From the NCBI GenBank assembly GCA_045106895.1, contig JBGCFM010000215.1, positions 1-23,045 of the forward strand: a stretch of DNA of 23,045 bases, read 5' to 3'. This DNA comes from Polyangiales bacterium (GTDB lineage: Bacteria > Myxococcota_A > Polyangia > Polyangiales > Houyiibacteriaceae). Made by a program: the position numbers and the translations under genes. Each line of letters begins with the position of its first letter. Positions within the stretch are counted from its first letter, which is position 1. The notes under the pieces are model-generated. The model was not told the DNA's origin and made no database searches. It saw only the letters and a list, made by a program, of their open reading frames with translations. This document shows, piece by piece, positions 1 to 9,653 of this stretch.

Positions 1-699
1 CGCGAGAAGCCGGACCAAAGAGTCGTGCAGGCGTGCGACGGGGTTCGGGCCTCCTTCGATGCCCGTGATTCGATCGACGATCAAACCTTCGTTGTCCACG
101 ATGATGGTGGAAGGAAGGGCGTTGTCCGGGAAGAAGGGCGAAAGGAGCTGTGCGGGATCGACGAGCTGAGTGTTCGTGAGGCCGAAGCGCTCGACCCACT
201 GTGTGCAGTAGCCTTCTGGTGGAGGGTTGAAGTCCGCGTCCTGGGTGATGACCTGCACAACGTGAACGTCGGCTGGGTCGAACATCTGGTTGATCTCTGC
301 CTCAAGGACTCGGCTCTCGGCAATGCAGGGGTTGCACCAGCCAGCGGCGATGCTGATAACCGTGAGCTTCGCATCGCACGCGCCCTGGTCTGGGAACGCG
401 TAGCTGTCGCCGTTGCAGTCCTGCATGTCGAAGTCGTTGCCCTGAGCCACGGTTCCGATGGGCTGCATTCGCGCTCCAATGGTCGCGCCGTAAGGACCGT
501 TCCAGGCGCAAGCGCCCACTGGGCCAGCGTCTGGCGTTGGGCCCGCGTCTTCTCCGGCTGGTCCGGCGTCCGGGTCGGGTCCCGTGTCGGTGCCACCGGC
601 GTCAACCTCCGGGCCGCTGTCCGCGACGGGGAGAGTATCATCGTCTCCACAGCCAAAAGCCATCGTGGTGGCCAGTGCGAGAATCGTCCAAATGCGCAT
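1..699 (-). CDS. TlpA/ResA-like thioredoxin-fold (redoxin) lipoprotein, 3' end truncated by window edge
   Basis: Not in the ORF track because no stop lies inside the window. My translation from ATG at 699: MRIWTILALATTMAFG-C-GDDDTLP (lipobox), DAGP-rich linker, then VISIAAGWCNPCIAE (WCxxC at 325-339) and ALPSTIIVDNEGLIV (cis-Pro strand). Frame open to base 1. GGAAGGA RBS just upstream. Confidence 0.85.
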   Translation of the reverse strand, partial: MRIWTILALATTMAFGCGDDDTLPVADSGPEVDAGGTDTGPDPDAGPAGEDAGPTPDAGPVGACAWNGPYGATIGARMQPIGTVAQGNDFDMQDCNGDSYAFPDQGACDAKLTVISIAAGWCNPCIAESRVLEAEINQMFDPADVHVVQVITQDADFNPPPEGYCTQWVERFGLTNTQLVDPAQLLSPFFPDNALPSTIIVDNEGLIVDRITGIEGGPNPVARLHDSLVRLLA

Positions 700-721
700 T
701 CTTAGAGTCCTTCCAGGGCTC

Positions 722-737
722 CAGCGTCATGACGCTG
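722..737. promoter_or_regulatory. Perfect 16-bp palindrome CAGCGTCATGACGCTG, candidate operator upstream of the TlpA-like gene
   Basis: Read directly; lies about 23-38 nt upstream of the ATG at 699. Function is inferred only. Confidence 0.4.
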
Positions 738-798
738 CAGCAAAGTTCTGTATATCAGTGAGTTCGGGGGCCGTCGAGGCAGCGCCCCTATGGGTGGG

Positions 799-825
799 AT
801 AGGCCCGAGCTATCGCTGGGCCTAT
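799..825. other. Intergenic stem-loop (ATAGGCCC...GGGCCTAT) without a U-tract
   Basis: 8-bp perfect outer stem plus inner AGC/GCT pairing, about 40 nt downstream of the stop at 866. Could be a pause or stability hairpin. Confidence 0.4.
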
Positions 826-865
826 GTTGGCGCGCCGGAAACGTTACAAGTTTAATCGGTGTCGC

Positions 866-1852
866 TTACTCGGGGGCGCAGCGACCGATCATGTTGTCGC
901 CGGAGCCCAGGATCTGACAGGCGTGGCCGGTGGGACACGGATCGTTACGGCAGTCCACGGGGATGCAAATGCCGTTGTTGAAGCGCTTTCCGGCGATGGT
1001 TCGAAGGCACTGGCGGCCTGGACGACACTCGCTGTCCATTCCGCAAGGCGCGTAGCAGCTTCCTTCGCTTCCGGCGCTCAGGTCGCCGACGGGAATGCAG
1101 ATGTCGCCATCGTTCGGGCAGTGGGTGGTGGGAAGGGTGTCACCCAAGTAGAAGTTGCTGGACTGGAAGCCTGCAGGGATGGTGCAGAGCGAGCGGCAAG
1201 AGCCATTGGCCTCGCCGGTAAAGCCGCCGTCTTGGACGGCGAGGGTGCAGTCGCCGCTGATGCACTCGCTGTCGCTCTCGCAGGCTTCGTTGGTGACGGC
1301 GCCTTCGGTGGGGGTGCTGCCTTCGGGGACGCAGGTCGCGGCTTGCTCGTTGCATTCGGCGCCGGGACCGCAGTCGGAGTCTTCATCGCAGTAGCCAATG
1401 CAACGTCCGGTCGGTGGTGGGGCACCAGGAGAGGTGCTGGGATCGTCGATGTCGACACACACGTAGTTCTCGCCGCGGCTGCAATCCACGGAGTTGAAAC
1501 AGCGGGCAACACACGACATTCCTGCGCGATCGTTGGCCTCAAGGCAGTCGTTGAAGCGAATACCGTCATCGCAGGGGCGTCGATCGACGCAGCTGACGCT
1601 GCACTGTCCGCCAGGGAACCCGTCCTCGGGCTGTCGGCAGTAGGCGCCGCTGCCGGGGCACTGCTCGTCGACGGTGCACTCGCCGAAGAGTCGGCTCGGT
1701 TCCGGCGGGCCCGCGTCGAAGACGTCTGGGGGGCCGGCATCGAAGACGTCGGGCGCTCCTGCATCGGGCTCACCCGCATCGAGAATCGGAAGGGTGCTGT
1801 CGTCACCGCAGGCGACGAGAGAGAGAAGAGCGAGCAGACAAGAAAAGCGCAT
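866..1852 (-). CDS. Cysteine-rich lipoprotein (myxobacterial CxxDxxC repeat type)
   Basis: MRFSCLLALLSLVA-C-GDDSTLP lipobox; DAG/Pro linker; repeated CTVDEQC, CDEDSDC, CESDSEC, CGMDSEC modules. Confidence 0.85.
   Translation of the reverse strand: MRFSCLLALLSLVACGDDSTLPILDAGEPDAGAPDVFDAGPPDVFDAGPPEPSRLFGECTVDEQCPGSGAYCRQPEDGFPGGQCSVSCVDRRPCDDGIRFNDCLEANDRAGMSCVARCFNSVDCSRGENYVCVDIDDPSTSPGAPPPTGRCIGYCDEDSDCGPGAECNEQAATCVPEGSTPTEGAVTNEACESDSECISGDCTLAVQDGGFTGEANGSCRSLCTIPAGFQSSNFYLGDTLPTTHCPNDGDICIPVGDLSAGSEGSCYAPCGMDSECRPGRQCLRTIAGKRFNNGICIPVDCRNDPCPTGHACQILGSGDNMIGRCAPE
1706..1753 (-). repeat. 24-bp tandem duplication encoding PDVFDAGP x2 in the lipoprotein linker
   Basis: Units 1706-1729 and 1730-1753, differing at synonymous positions. 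Confidence 0.8.
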
Positions 1853-1952
1853 TCGTCAGGCCTAGCACCTTCTCTTTCGATGTGCCGGCTGCCGTGTGCG
1901 GGTATGCGGAGATATCAGGCGAAATCGACGTTTCGACCAAGAACAGCTGGGC

Positions 1953-2861
1953 TTACGCGAGTCCCAAGTTTTGGGTGGTCCAAGCGATAAGTTCGCCGAT
2001 GACCTCGTCCCGGTTCGTCTCGTTGAGGATCTCGTGGCGCGCGCCCTCATGGAGAGAAAGGGTCACGTTCTTGAGCCCCGCATCCTTGTAGGCGCCCTCC
2101 AGCTGGCGGAGGCCTTTGCCCTTTTCACTGACGGGGTCTTCGCCGCCGCCGACGATGAACAGAGGGAGCTCCGCCGGTATGCGGCGCTGCCGAAACGGGT
2201 CCGAGATGGGGCCAAGGGCGTCGAGGAGCCCGACCCAGCTTTCGGTGCTGATGCCAAAACCGCAGAGGGGGTCCGCCACGTAGGCGTCGACCTGGTCGTT
2301 GTCCCGGGACAACCAGTCGGATTCCGTGCGGCCCTCGAAGTCGTCGTTGAACTTTCCGAAGCTGAGATTCTGAAGAAGGTTGCTGGGTTTGCTCGGCTTC
2401 ACGCGCCATCGCTCGAAGCGCGCCACCAATCGGCCCGCGGCGGCGATCGCCGGGGGCTTGCCGTTGCTGCCGCTGAGGATCCACGCCGCAGCGTGTTCCG
2501 GTGCATCCAGGATGAGTTGCTGCGCCATGAAGGAACCCATCGAGTGTGCGAGGAGCGCCATCGGCAAGTCGCCGTGGCTCTTCCGTTCGTGATCACCAAC
2601 ACGTCGGATGTCTTCGACGACGGTGTTCCACGGGCCCATGTGGCCAAGCTCGTTCGGTTTCGCGCTCTGGCCATGGCCGCGCGTGTCATGCCCGAACACC
2701 AAGAAGCCAGCCTTGGCGAAGGCCTTCGCGACGTAGTCGTAGCGGCGAATGTGTTCCGCCATGCCGTGCACGAGTTGCAACATGGCCCGAGGCTCACCTT
2801 CGGGCTCCCAGCGGACCGTCGAGAGAGTTGCACCGGGGACTTCTAAGGTAGAACTAATCAT
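1953..2861 (-). CDS. Alpha/beta hydrolase, lysophospholipase/monoglyceride lipase (PldB/Hydrolase_4-like)
   Basis: HGMAEH oxyanion region, [14 protein letters not shown] nucleophile elbow, GGEDPV Asp, ARHEILNE His. ATGA overlap (2858-2861) with the upstream gene. Confidence 0.9.
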   Translation of the reverse strand: MISSTLEVPGATLSTVRWEPEGEPRAMLQLVHGMAEHIRRYDYVAKAFAKAGFLVFGHDTRGHGQSAKPNELGHMGPWNTVVEDIRRVGDHERKSHGDLPMALLAHSMGSFMAQQLILDAPEHAAAWILSGSNGKPPAIAAAGRLVARFERWRVKPSKPSNLLQNLSFGKFNDDFEGRTESDWLSRDNDQVDAYVADPLCGFGISTESWVGLLDALGPISDPFRQRRIPAELPLFIVGGGEDPVSEKGKGLRQLEGAYKDAGLKNVTLSLHEGARHEILNETNRDEVIGELIAWTTQNLGLA

Positions 2862-5203
2862 TGCCGGCTCCCATCATAGGCCTGAATCGCCGTGTAGTCT
2901 CTAACAGCGCTGAGTTGCTCGGCGAAAACACGTGGGTCGCTTGTGGGGAGCTCACAGCGGCCTCGTTCACACACGTAGGCCGTCGCATCTCCGTCCATCA
3001 CTCGCTTCCCCTGCAGCAGTGGCAGGTCTGAGCCGTGGTTGTCGCGCACGACGAGGGCGACGCGGTTCGGCAGGAAGCTCCGCCGAAGTACGTCTAGTAG
3101 GGGAGCGCCGGAACCGTCTTCGCGCTCCACAATGACGATTTCCCGTGGAATATCCGAGTAGCGGTCCACGCCCATCAGGAAACGTGGTGCGCCCGTCGCG
3201 TAGCGCGCGAGTCCCCTCGAAAACGCGCCCATCAGCCGCTCGGCGCCTTGGCGGTAGGAGTCGTCGTCCGTGAGTGACCAGAGGCGGAGTAGGTTGTCGA
3301 GGGCGAGGGAGTTGCCCGAAGGGACGGCGCCATCCGTGAAGGGTTTGTCGCGGGTGAGAAGCTGCTCCGCGTCGTCCGCCGTCACGTAGTAGCCGCCGCG
3401 CGAATCGTCGAGGAAGTGCGCGTCGAGTTCGCTCTGAAGTCGGCGCGCAGCCTCGAACCAGCGCATATCGCTCGTGGTCTCGAAGAGGTCGAGGAGCCCC
3501 GCGATGAAGAATGAGTAGTCCTGCACATAAGCGCGATGGCGGACGGCGCCGTTCAGCGTGCTTCGCATCAGGCGCTCGTCGCTGTCTTGGCTCGTTTCGA
3601 GAAGATGTCCCGCGGCGCGGACAGCGATGTCTTCGTAGCGCGGGTCGTTCAATACGAAAGCCGCCTTCGCGAAGGCGCTGATCATCAGGCCATTCCAGGC
3701 GGTGAGGATCTTGTCATCTCGAAGCGGGCGAGGGCGCTGCGCTTCGCGGGCGTCCCAGAGGATTTGGTGAGCCTCGTTGATCGATGCGCGAAGCGCCTCT
3801 GGCGTTTTGCTTCGTTCGGTGGCGACGAGGTCGAGGGGGCGAGGGACTTCGAGAATATTACGACCCTCGAAATTGCCGCGTGCTGTAAGCGGGTGATACG
3901 CGCCAAGGTCTGCGCGCAGCTCATCGCGTCCACGGAAGAGCGCGTCGATTTCGGGGATGGTCCACGTGAAGTAGTAACCCTCTTCGCGGTGCCCCGCCGG
4001 CGTCATGCTGTCCGCGTCGGTGGCGGAATAGAAGACGCCTTCGTCGTTGGTCATCTCCCGGGCAACGTAGTCGAGAGTTTCACGCGCGACGCGAAGGAAG
4101 TCCTCGTCACCGGTGGCTTGGTAGCCTTCCAGGTAGCTAAGGGCGAGCTGCCCATTGTCGTAGAGCATCTTCTCGAAGTGGGGCACGAGCCAACGGGCGT
4201 CCGTCGAGTAGCGGTGAAAGCCGCCGCCCGCTTGGTCGTACATGCCGCCGGCAGCCATCGCCGTTAGTGTCGTAGCCACCATCTGCCGCATCTGCGCGTT
4301 TTGCGTCCGGCGACTCACGCGGAGGAGCAGGCCAACGCGACTCGGCTGAGGAAACTTTGGCGCGCGACCGAAGCCGCCGTGACGTGGGTCGAAACTCGAC
4401 GCGATGCGATTTGCCGCGCTGGCGACGAGGGCCGGCGAGGGCACGTCTCCCGCGGGCTGTGGCGCCGCTTGCGCTTGAATTCGCTGACTGAGCTGCTGCG
4501 CTTCGGCGACGACCTCCGAGGCGGAATTTTGGTAGCGCTCCGTGAGCTCGGCGAGAATCTCTATGAAGCCGCGCCGGGAACCACGGACGCCCGCGCGCGG
4601 CGGAAAGTACGTGCCGGCGAAAAACGGGTCTCCGTCCGGCGTTAGCACCACGGTCATCGGCCAGCCGCCGCGCCCCGTGAGCATCTGAACCGCGCTCATG
4701 TAGATCTCGTCGATGTCCGGGCGCTCTTCGCGGTCGACTTTGATGGGCACGTAGTGGGCGTTGATGTACGCGGCGATCTCTTCGTCTTCGAAGGACTCTT
4801 CCTCCATGACGTGACACCAATGACAGGTCGAATAGCCGATGCTCAGGAGCACAGCTTTGCCTTCGCGGCGGGCGCGCTCAAAAGCTCCGTCGCCCCATGG
4901 CGCCCAGTTCACCGGGTTGTGCGCGTGCTGCAGAAGGTAGGGGCTCGTCTCTTCAATGAGGCGGTTGATGAAGCGCGGCGCATCACCGTCCATGTGGCGG
5001 GTGCGTGCTTCGTAGTCGTCGCCCTTCGCAGCGAGTGCGGCTCGAAGGCGAGTCATCAGTACGTCGTCGACCACTTCAATCCCTGGCAAGTGTGGGTTTC
5101 CAGCGACGACTTCGTCGCCCTCGGCTTCGGCGGGTGCCGTCGTGTTGCTCGGTGTCGCTTCACACCGACACGCCACCAAGAAGACCAACAACAACAAGCG
5201 CAT
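2858..5203 (-). CDS. YyaL/SSP411 (DUF255) thioredoxin-domain plus (alpha/alpha)6 protein with a putative N-terminal lipoprotein signal
   Basis: [89 protein letters not shown] family motifs. Confidence 0.93.
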   Translation of the reverse strand: MRLLLLVFLVACRCEATPSNTTAPAEAEGDEVVAGNPHLPGIEVVDDVLMTRLRAALAAKGDDYEARTRHMDGDAPRFINRLIEETSPYLLQHAHNPVNWAPWGDGAFERARREGKAVLLSIGYSTCHWCHVMEEESFEDEEIAAYINAHYVPIKVDREERPDIDEIYMSAVQMLTGRGGWPMTVVLTPDGDPFFAGTYFPPRAGVRGSRRGFIEILAELTERYQNSASEVVAEAQQLSQRIQAQAAPQPAGDVPSPALVASAANRIASSFDPRHGGFGRAPKFPQPSRVGLLLRVSRRTQNAQMRQMVATTLTAMAAGGMYDQAGGGFHRYSTDARWLVPHFEKMLYDNGQLALSYLEGYQATGDEDFLRVARETLDYVAREMTNDEGVFYSATDADSMTPAGHREEGYYFTWTIPEIDALFRGRDELRADLGAYHPLTARGNFEGRNILEVPRPLDLVATERSKTPEALRASINEAHQILWDAREAQRPRPLRDDKILTAWNGLMISAFAKAAFVLNDPRYEDIAVRAAGHLLETSQDSDERLMRSTLNGAVRHRAYVQDYSFFIAGLLDLFETTSDMRWFEAARRLQSELDAHFLDDSRGGYYVTADDAEQLLTRDKPFTDGAVPSGNSLALDNLLRLWSLTDDDSYRQGAERLMGAFSRGLARYATGAPRFLMGVDRYSDIPREIVIVEREDGSGAPLLDVLRRSFLPNRVALVVRDNHGSDLPLLQGKRVMDGDATAYVCERGRCELPTSDPRVFAEQLSAVRDYTAIQAYDGSRQ

Positions 5204-5260
5204 GAGCGGTCATATGACACTCATCCGAAGATAGCCAGGGCTGGGCGCGGCCTGCCGTGC

Positions 5261-6622
5261 TCAGGCGTGAGCGGGGGCGGCGTTCTGATCCGCGAGTGGA
5301 CGCTGTGGCTTTGTGCCCTGTGCCAGTGCCTGCATGATGATGGGCCCCGCAAGGACGAAACCGTTTATATCCGGCGCGAGCTGCGTGACGACGCCGGCCA
5401 GGAGAGAGAACGCCCGGCCGTAGAGCACGATGTCTTGGGGGATGACGACCCCTTCCATCTTGTCGATGAACTCCAAGACCTGTGCCTTGAGCCCGGTGAT
5501 GTCGAGCTCCTTGAGCTCTTCCGGCGAAAGCTCGAAGAGCTCTTCGAAGAACTCCTTGAGGAGTGGACGCGCCAGTTCAGCGTCGCGCTCACTGAGGATG
5601 CCAAGTTCGACGATGGACTTCGAGAAGCCGTCGATGTCGCGGACCATAAACGCGAAGGCCGAGCGGACGAGCTTCTCGTGAAAGTCCTTCGGTAAGATCT
5701 TTGATTGGCCAAAGTCGAGGATGCACACCTCGGCGCTGCCATCCTCGCCCTTGCGCACCAGCAAGTTCCCGGGGTGAGGGTCGGACTGAAATACGCCGTC
5801 GACGAAGAACATCGTCGCGTAGGCGCGCATGACCTTCTGAATGATGTCGTGGACTTCCAGTCCCGCGGCGTCGATGCCTGCACGGTCTGTGATCTTCATC
5901 CCGTCGAAGAACTCCGTGCAGATGACGCCGTTCGAAGTGTGTTCGCGAACCACGCGCGGGACGAGGACGCTCTGCACCGGACGCATGTTCTCTTCGATGC
6001 GTTCTGTAAAAAGAGCCTCTTGCTCGTAGTCGAGCTCTGTACTTAGCGCTCGGCCGATCTCTTTGTAGATGTCCGAGAGCGGGACCTTGGGGACGAAGCG
6101 GTTGAAAAGCGGTACAGCGATTCGCATGGCGGCGAGGTCGCACTGGAGTTTCATCTCGACGTCGGGGTAACGAACCTTCACCGCGACGTCGCGGCCGTCT
6201 TTGAGCGTGGCTCGATGCACTTGGCCAAAGCTCGCCGCGGCGACGGCTTCGTGGGTCACGGACTCGAAGACGGCGTCTGGGTCGCCACCGAGCTCACGCT
6301 GCAGGTGGGGACGGATTCGGCGCCACGACGTCGGCGTCACTTTGTCCTGGAGGGGAGCCATCGCCTTGAGCCACTCGTCGGGAACGAGGTCTACGCGGGT
6401 GGAGATGATCTGGCCGACCTTGATCAAGCCGCCGCGCATTCGAACGGCGGTCCGGTAGAAGCGCGCAGCGTTCTTCGTGTGCGCCTTTCGAAAGGCTGCG
6501 TCGCTGGGCGGCGAGCCGAAGTATTTGCCGCGCAGATAGAGCCACAGGTACGAAAGGTAGATAGGCACCATCGTCGTAAAGACGAGGAGAAAGCGCGCTG
6601 GAATGTGCCACAACTTCCGCAT
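5261..6622 (-). CDS. ABC1/AarF/UbiB family atypical protein kinase
   Basis: IKVGQIISTRVDL, AAASFGQVHRA, VAVKVRYP, ELDYEQEA, FQSDPHPGN, ILDFG motifs. Confidence 0.93.
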   Translation of the reverse strand: MRKLWHIPARFLLVFTTMVPIYLSYLWLYLRGKYFGSPPSDAAFRKAHTKNAARFYRTAVRMRGGLIKVGQIISTRVDLVPDEWLKAMAPLQDKVTPTSWRRIRPHLQRELGGDPDAVFESVTHEAVAAASFGQVHRATLKDGRDVAVKVRYPDVEMKLQCDLAAMRIAVPLFNRFVPKVPLSDIYKEIGRALSTELDYEQEALFTERIEENMRPVQSVLVPRVVREHTSNGVICTEFFDGMKITDRAGIDAAGLEVHDIIQKVMRAYATMFFVDGVFQSDPHPGNLLVRKGEDGSAEVCILDFGQSKILPKDFHEKLVRSAFAFMVRDIDGFSKSIVELGILSERDAELARPLLKEFFEELFELSPEELKELDITGLKAQVLEFIDKMEGVVIPQDIVLYGRAFSLLAGVVTQLAPDINGFVLAGPIIMQALAQGTKPQRPLADQNAAPAHA

Positions 6623-6745
6623 CGCCGGCAGGCTAGCAGGCTGACGGCGAAGAGCCGCCTAAGCTGCGTTCTTGTTTGAGGGCAGTGTGGACGGCCGGCG
6701 CTCAGAACTTCCGTAACTTTGGCGCGCCGGTGGTATAGGGGCGGC

Positions 6746-8134
6746 ATGAATGTGGTGATCATCGGGAATGGTGTGGCGGGGATTGAGGCGGCGCGCGGTG
6801 TCCGCGCCAAAGACACGGCCGCTTCAATCACGATCGTCAGCGAGGAGTCCGACCACTTCTTCTCGCGCACGGCGCTGATGTGGGTCGCCGCGGGACAGCT
6901 CAGCCATCGCTGCATCGAGCCCTATCCACGCGATTTCTATGAGACGAACGGCTTCGTTCGGGTGCGCGAGCGTGCTCTTCGCGTCGAAGAAGGCCTGGTT
7001 CATCTCCAGAGCGGCAACACGCTGCCCTTCGACCGCCTGCTCATCGCCTGCGGGTCTGCGCCGCGGAGCGGACCGTGGCCCGGGAGTGAGCTCCCAGGCG
7101 TTGGCCACTTCGTGACGATGCAAGACCTCGAGTGGCTGGAAGATGAGCTTCACGGCGGGCCGAGTCACAACGGCGGACCACCCCGCGCAGACCACCACCT
7201 CGATGGGGCGGTGGAGTCCCCGTACTCCCGCCGTAGGTCCTTGCGCAGCGAACGAGGAGGACCACCGGCAAACCCTTGCGTCATCGGCGGCGGTCTCGTC
7301 GGCATCGAGGCGGTGGAGGTCTTTCACGCAGCGGGTCTGCACCCGCGCTTCTTCATCCGCGAAGACTGGTTTTGGCCGATGGCCATCGATGAGCGCGAGT
7401 CCACGTGGATCGCCGAACGCATGCGCGAAGGCGGCGTCGAGATGCACCTCGGCGAAGACGTGAAGACGATTGAAGGTGCTGGAAAGGTCACCGGTGTCAC
7501 GACGGACAAAGGCGAATACGAGCAAGACCTGGTCGTTGTCGCCATCGGCGTCGTGGCCAACACGAAGTGGCTCGAAGGCAGCGACATCGAGCGCGACGGG
7601 CGCGGCGGAATCGTCGTGGACGAGTCACAGCAGACCAGCATGAAGAACGTCTACGCCGCCGGCGATTGCGCCTCGGTCCGCTGGTTTGATGGACGGCAAG
7701 GGCCCGAGCAGCTCTGGTACACCGGGCGTGACCAAGGACGCGTCGCCGCCGAGTCGATGCTCGGGGGCTCCGCAACCTACGCGCGCGGCACTTGGTACAA
7801 CAGCGCGAAGCTCTTCGACATCGAATACACGACGGCGGGGCTTGTCGGCATGAAGCAGCCGAACGAGCAGGAGTGGTTCTTCGAAGAGAGCGGCAAGGTA
7901 CGCAGCACGACGCGCATCGTCGTCTCCGGCGACGCGGTCATCGGCTTCAACTTTCTCGGGCGCCGCTGGGACCATGAGGTCCTCGTTCGTTTTATCGAAG
8001 AAAAGCGGAGCCTGAGCTACGTCCTCGACCACTTGGGAGAGGCGAGCTTTGACACGGAGTTCGTCCCTCCGCTTCGCATTCCCAAGGCTGCTCGCAGCGC
8101 CTCTCTTTCGCCCGTCAAAGCGCCCGCCGCCTGA
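6746..8134 (+). CDS. NAD(P)/FAD-dependent oxidoreductase (NirB/rubredoxin-reductase-like pyridine nucleotide-disulfide family)
   Basis: ATG at 6746 gives MNVVIIGNGVAG (FAD Rossmann motif); VIGGGLVGIE (NAD binding); TSMKNVYAAGDCA. Confidence 0.9.
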   Translation: MNVVIIGNGVAGIEAARGVRAKDTAASITIVSEESDHFFSRTALMWVAAGQLSHRCIEPYPRDFYETNGFVRVRERALRVEEGLVHLQSGNTLPFDRLLIACGSAPRSGPWPGSELPGVGHFVTMQDLEWLEDELHGGPSHNGGPPRADHHLDGAVESPYSRRRSLRSERGGPPANPCVIGGGLVGIEAVEVFHAAGLHPRFFIREDWFWPMAIDERESTWIAERMREGGVEMHLGEDVKTIEGAGKVTGVTTDKGEYEQDLVVVAIGVVANTKWLEGSDIERDGRGGIVVDESQQTSMKNVYAAGDCASVRWFDGRQGPEQLWYTGRDQGRVAAESMLGGSATYARGTWYNSAKLFDIEYTTAGLVGMKQPNEQEWFFEESGKVRSTTRIVVSGDAVIGFNFLGRRWDHEVLVRFIEEKRSLSYVLDHLGEASFDTEFVPPLRIPKAARSASLSPVKAPAA

Positions 8135-8144
8135 AGGAATAGTC

Positions 8145-9236
8145 ATGGATCAACAAGGCCAAAACGGACTCATGTCAACCTTCCGCGAAGGTTGGCGAAC
8201 GCGGAACGTCACAGCGATCGCCCTCGGCGTCGTCCTCTTCGCGTTCTACGTGGTGCTCTACTTTACCGAGCACCTCACCCCCCTCGCGAACGCCGTCGGA
8301 CTCCGCAATAAGTGGTTCCTTTACGGCCTCGTCTACACCTTCGTGATGGGCGGCGGCGCCGTGTACTACCTACGGCGTCACGGCAACAGCGCGTACAACC
8401 GCAAGCGCATTGGCGTGAACCTCCTCGTCCAGGTTCTGCTCGCGTTTACCTTGCCGCTGGTGATGCCCTACTTCTACACGGCGGACGTCAACGAGATGTG
8501 GAAGTACGAGGCGTCGTCGTACCTTTGGCCCCTCGCTTGGTACGATCTCCATCCCGGCACCCTCGAGAGCAAGCTGCCGGCGATCGCCGCTTGGAGCCTT
8601 GCGGGCTCCTTCATCCTCGCGCCCATCATGGCGATTCGCTTCGGCAAGCGTTGGTATTGCAGCTGGGTCTGCGGCTGCGGAGGCCTCGCGAACACCTTTG
8701 GCGACCCTTGGCGTCATCTCACGGCATCGTCGAAGAAGTCATGGAAGTTCGAAAAGTACGCCGTGCACACGGTGCTCGTTTTGGCGTTCTTGTCGACGGG
8801 CCTCCTCGTATTCGACCACTACGTCGGAGAAAGTGCCGCGTGGATCTCCGGCGGTGATTGGTGGAGCGTCAAAGCACTCTACGGTCTCGTCGTTGGCTCC
8901 ATCCTCTCCGGCGTCATCGGAACGGCGGTCTACCCCGTGTTTGGCCCGCGCGTGTGGTGTCGAAACTTCTGCCCTATGGCCGCCATGCTGGGTCTTCTAC
9001 AGAAGCTCGGACGCTTTCGCATCAAGGTCAAAAAGGACATGTGCATCAGCTGTGGCAACTGCACGACCTATTGCGAGATGGGCATCGACGTCCGCGACTA
9101 CGCGCAGAAGAACGAGAGCTTTACCCGCGCTTCGTGCGTCGGCTGCGGCATGTGCGCCCACGTCTGTCCCCGCGGCGTCCTCAAGCTCGAGAACGCACCC
9201 AAGGCCAAGAAGACGAGCCTCCCGATCATCTCGTAG
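8145..9236 (+). CDS. Polytopic membrane 4Fe-4S protein (NapH/MauN/RdxA-like)
   Basis: ATG at 8145 after GAAGGA RBS; multiple TM segments; GKRWYCSWVCGCGG and GPRVWCRNFCP motifs; two ferredoxin motifs CISCGNCTTYC and CVGCGMCAHVCP. Confidence 0.9.
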   Translation: MDQQGQNGLMSTFREGWRTRNVTAIALGVVLFAFYVVLYFTEHLTPLANAVGLRNKWFLYGLVYTFVMGGGAVYYLRRHGNSAYNRKRIGVNLLVQVLLAFTLPLVMPYFYTADVNEMWKYEASSYLWPLAWYDLHPGTLESKLPAIAAWSLAGSFILAPIMAIRFGKRWYCSWVCGCGGLANTFGDPWRHLTASSKKSWKFEKYAVHTVLVLAFLSTGLLVFDHYVGESAAWISGGDWWSVKALYGLVVGSILSGVIGTAVYPVFGPRVWCRNFCPMAAMLGLLQKLGRFRIKVKKDMCISCGNCTTYCEMGIDVRDYAQKNESFTRASCVGCGMCAHVCPRGVLKLENAPKAKKTSLPIIS

Positions 9237-9259
9237 GACTTCGCCGCGGACGCTTCGAG

Positions 9260-9601
9260 CTAGGCGCTCCGTCGCTCATCGTCGTAGTCATTCATGACCT
9301 CACGTTCACGCTCGTCTTTCTGAAAGACTCCGCTTGTGGAGGGCGGCGGGAGACGAGAGGGCAGCTGCGCCGCTGTTTGAGCGGCGCGGACGTGTCGACT
9401 GAGGCCTCTCGCGCGCGCGATGCCGGCGTCCGTTGGTTGTCCCTCTGGATTGACGAGGCCACGGCCTTGGAGAAAGCGCATGGCGTCGTCGAGGGACCCT
9501 GCCGCCACGCCGAGGGCGCGCTCGACGACTTCGACGCGGGCAGGGTTTCGTTTGCCGCCGCTAGCCACCAAGAGCTGAAGGACACCGAGTTCGTATCGCA
9601 T
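9260..9601 (-). CDS. Small hypothetical protein, possibly winged-helix-like N-terminus
   Basis: Fills the gap between genes, co-oriented with upstream minus-strand genes. The pattern VERALGVAAGSLDDAMRFLQGRGLV...TDAG resembles a wHTH. Confidence 0.5.
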   Translation of the reverse strand: MRYELGVLQLLVASGGKRNPARVEVVERALGVAAGSLDDAMRFLQGRGLVNPEGQPTDAGIARARGLSRHVRAAQTAAQLPSRLPPPSTSGVFQKDEREREVMNDYDDERRSA

Positions 9602-9653
9602 AAGCGTAGTGAAACGGCTGTCCCATAAGAGTCTTTAGCGATGCCTCGTCGAT

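Noticed and set aside
25..705. 226-aa plus-strand ORF (and 81..656 minus-strand ORF)
   Set aside because: Shadow or alternate frames of the TlpA-like gene at 1-699 (-), which has a lipobox, WCNPC and an RBS.
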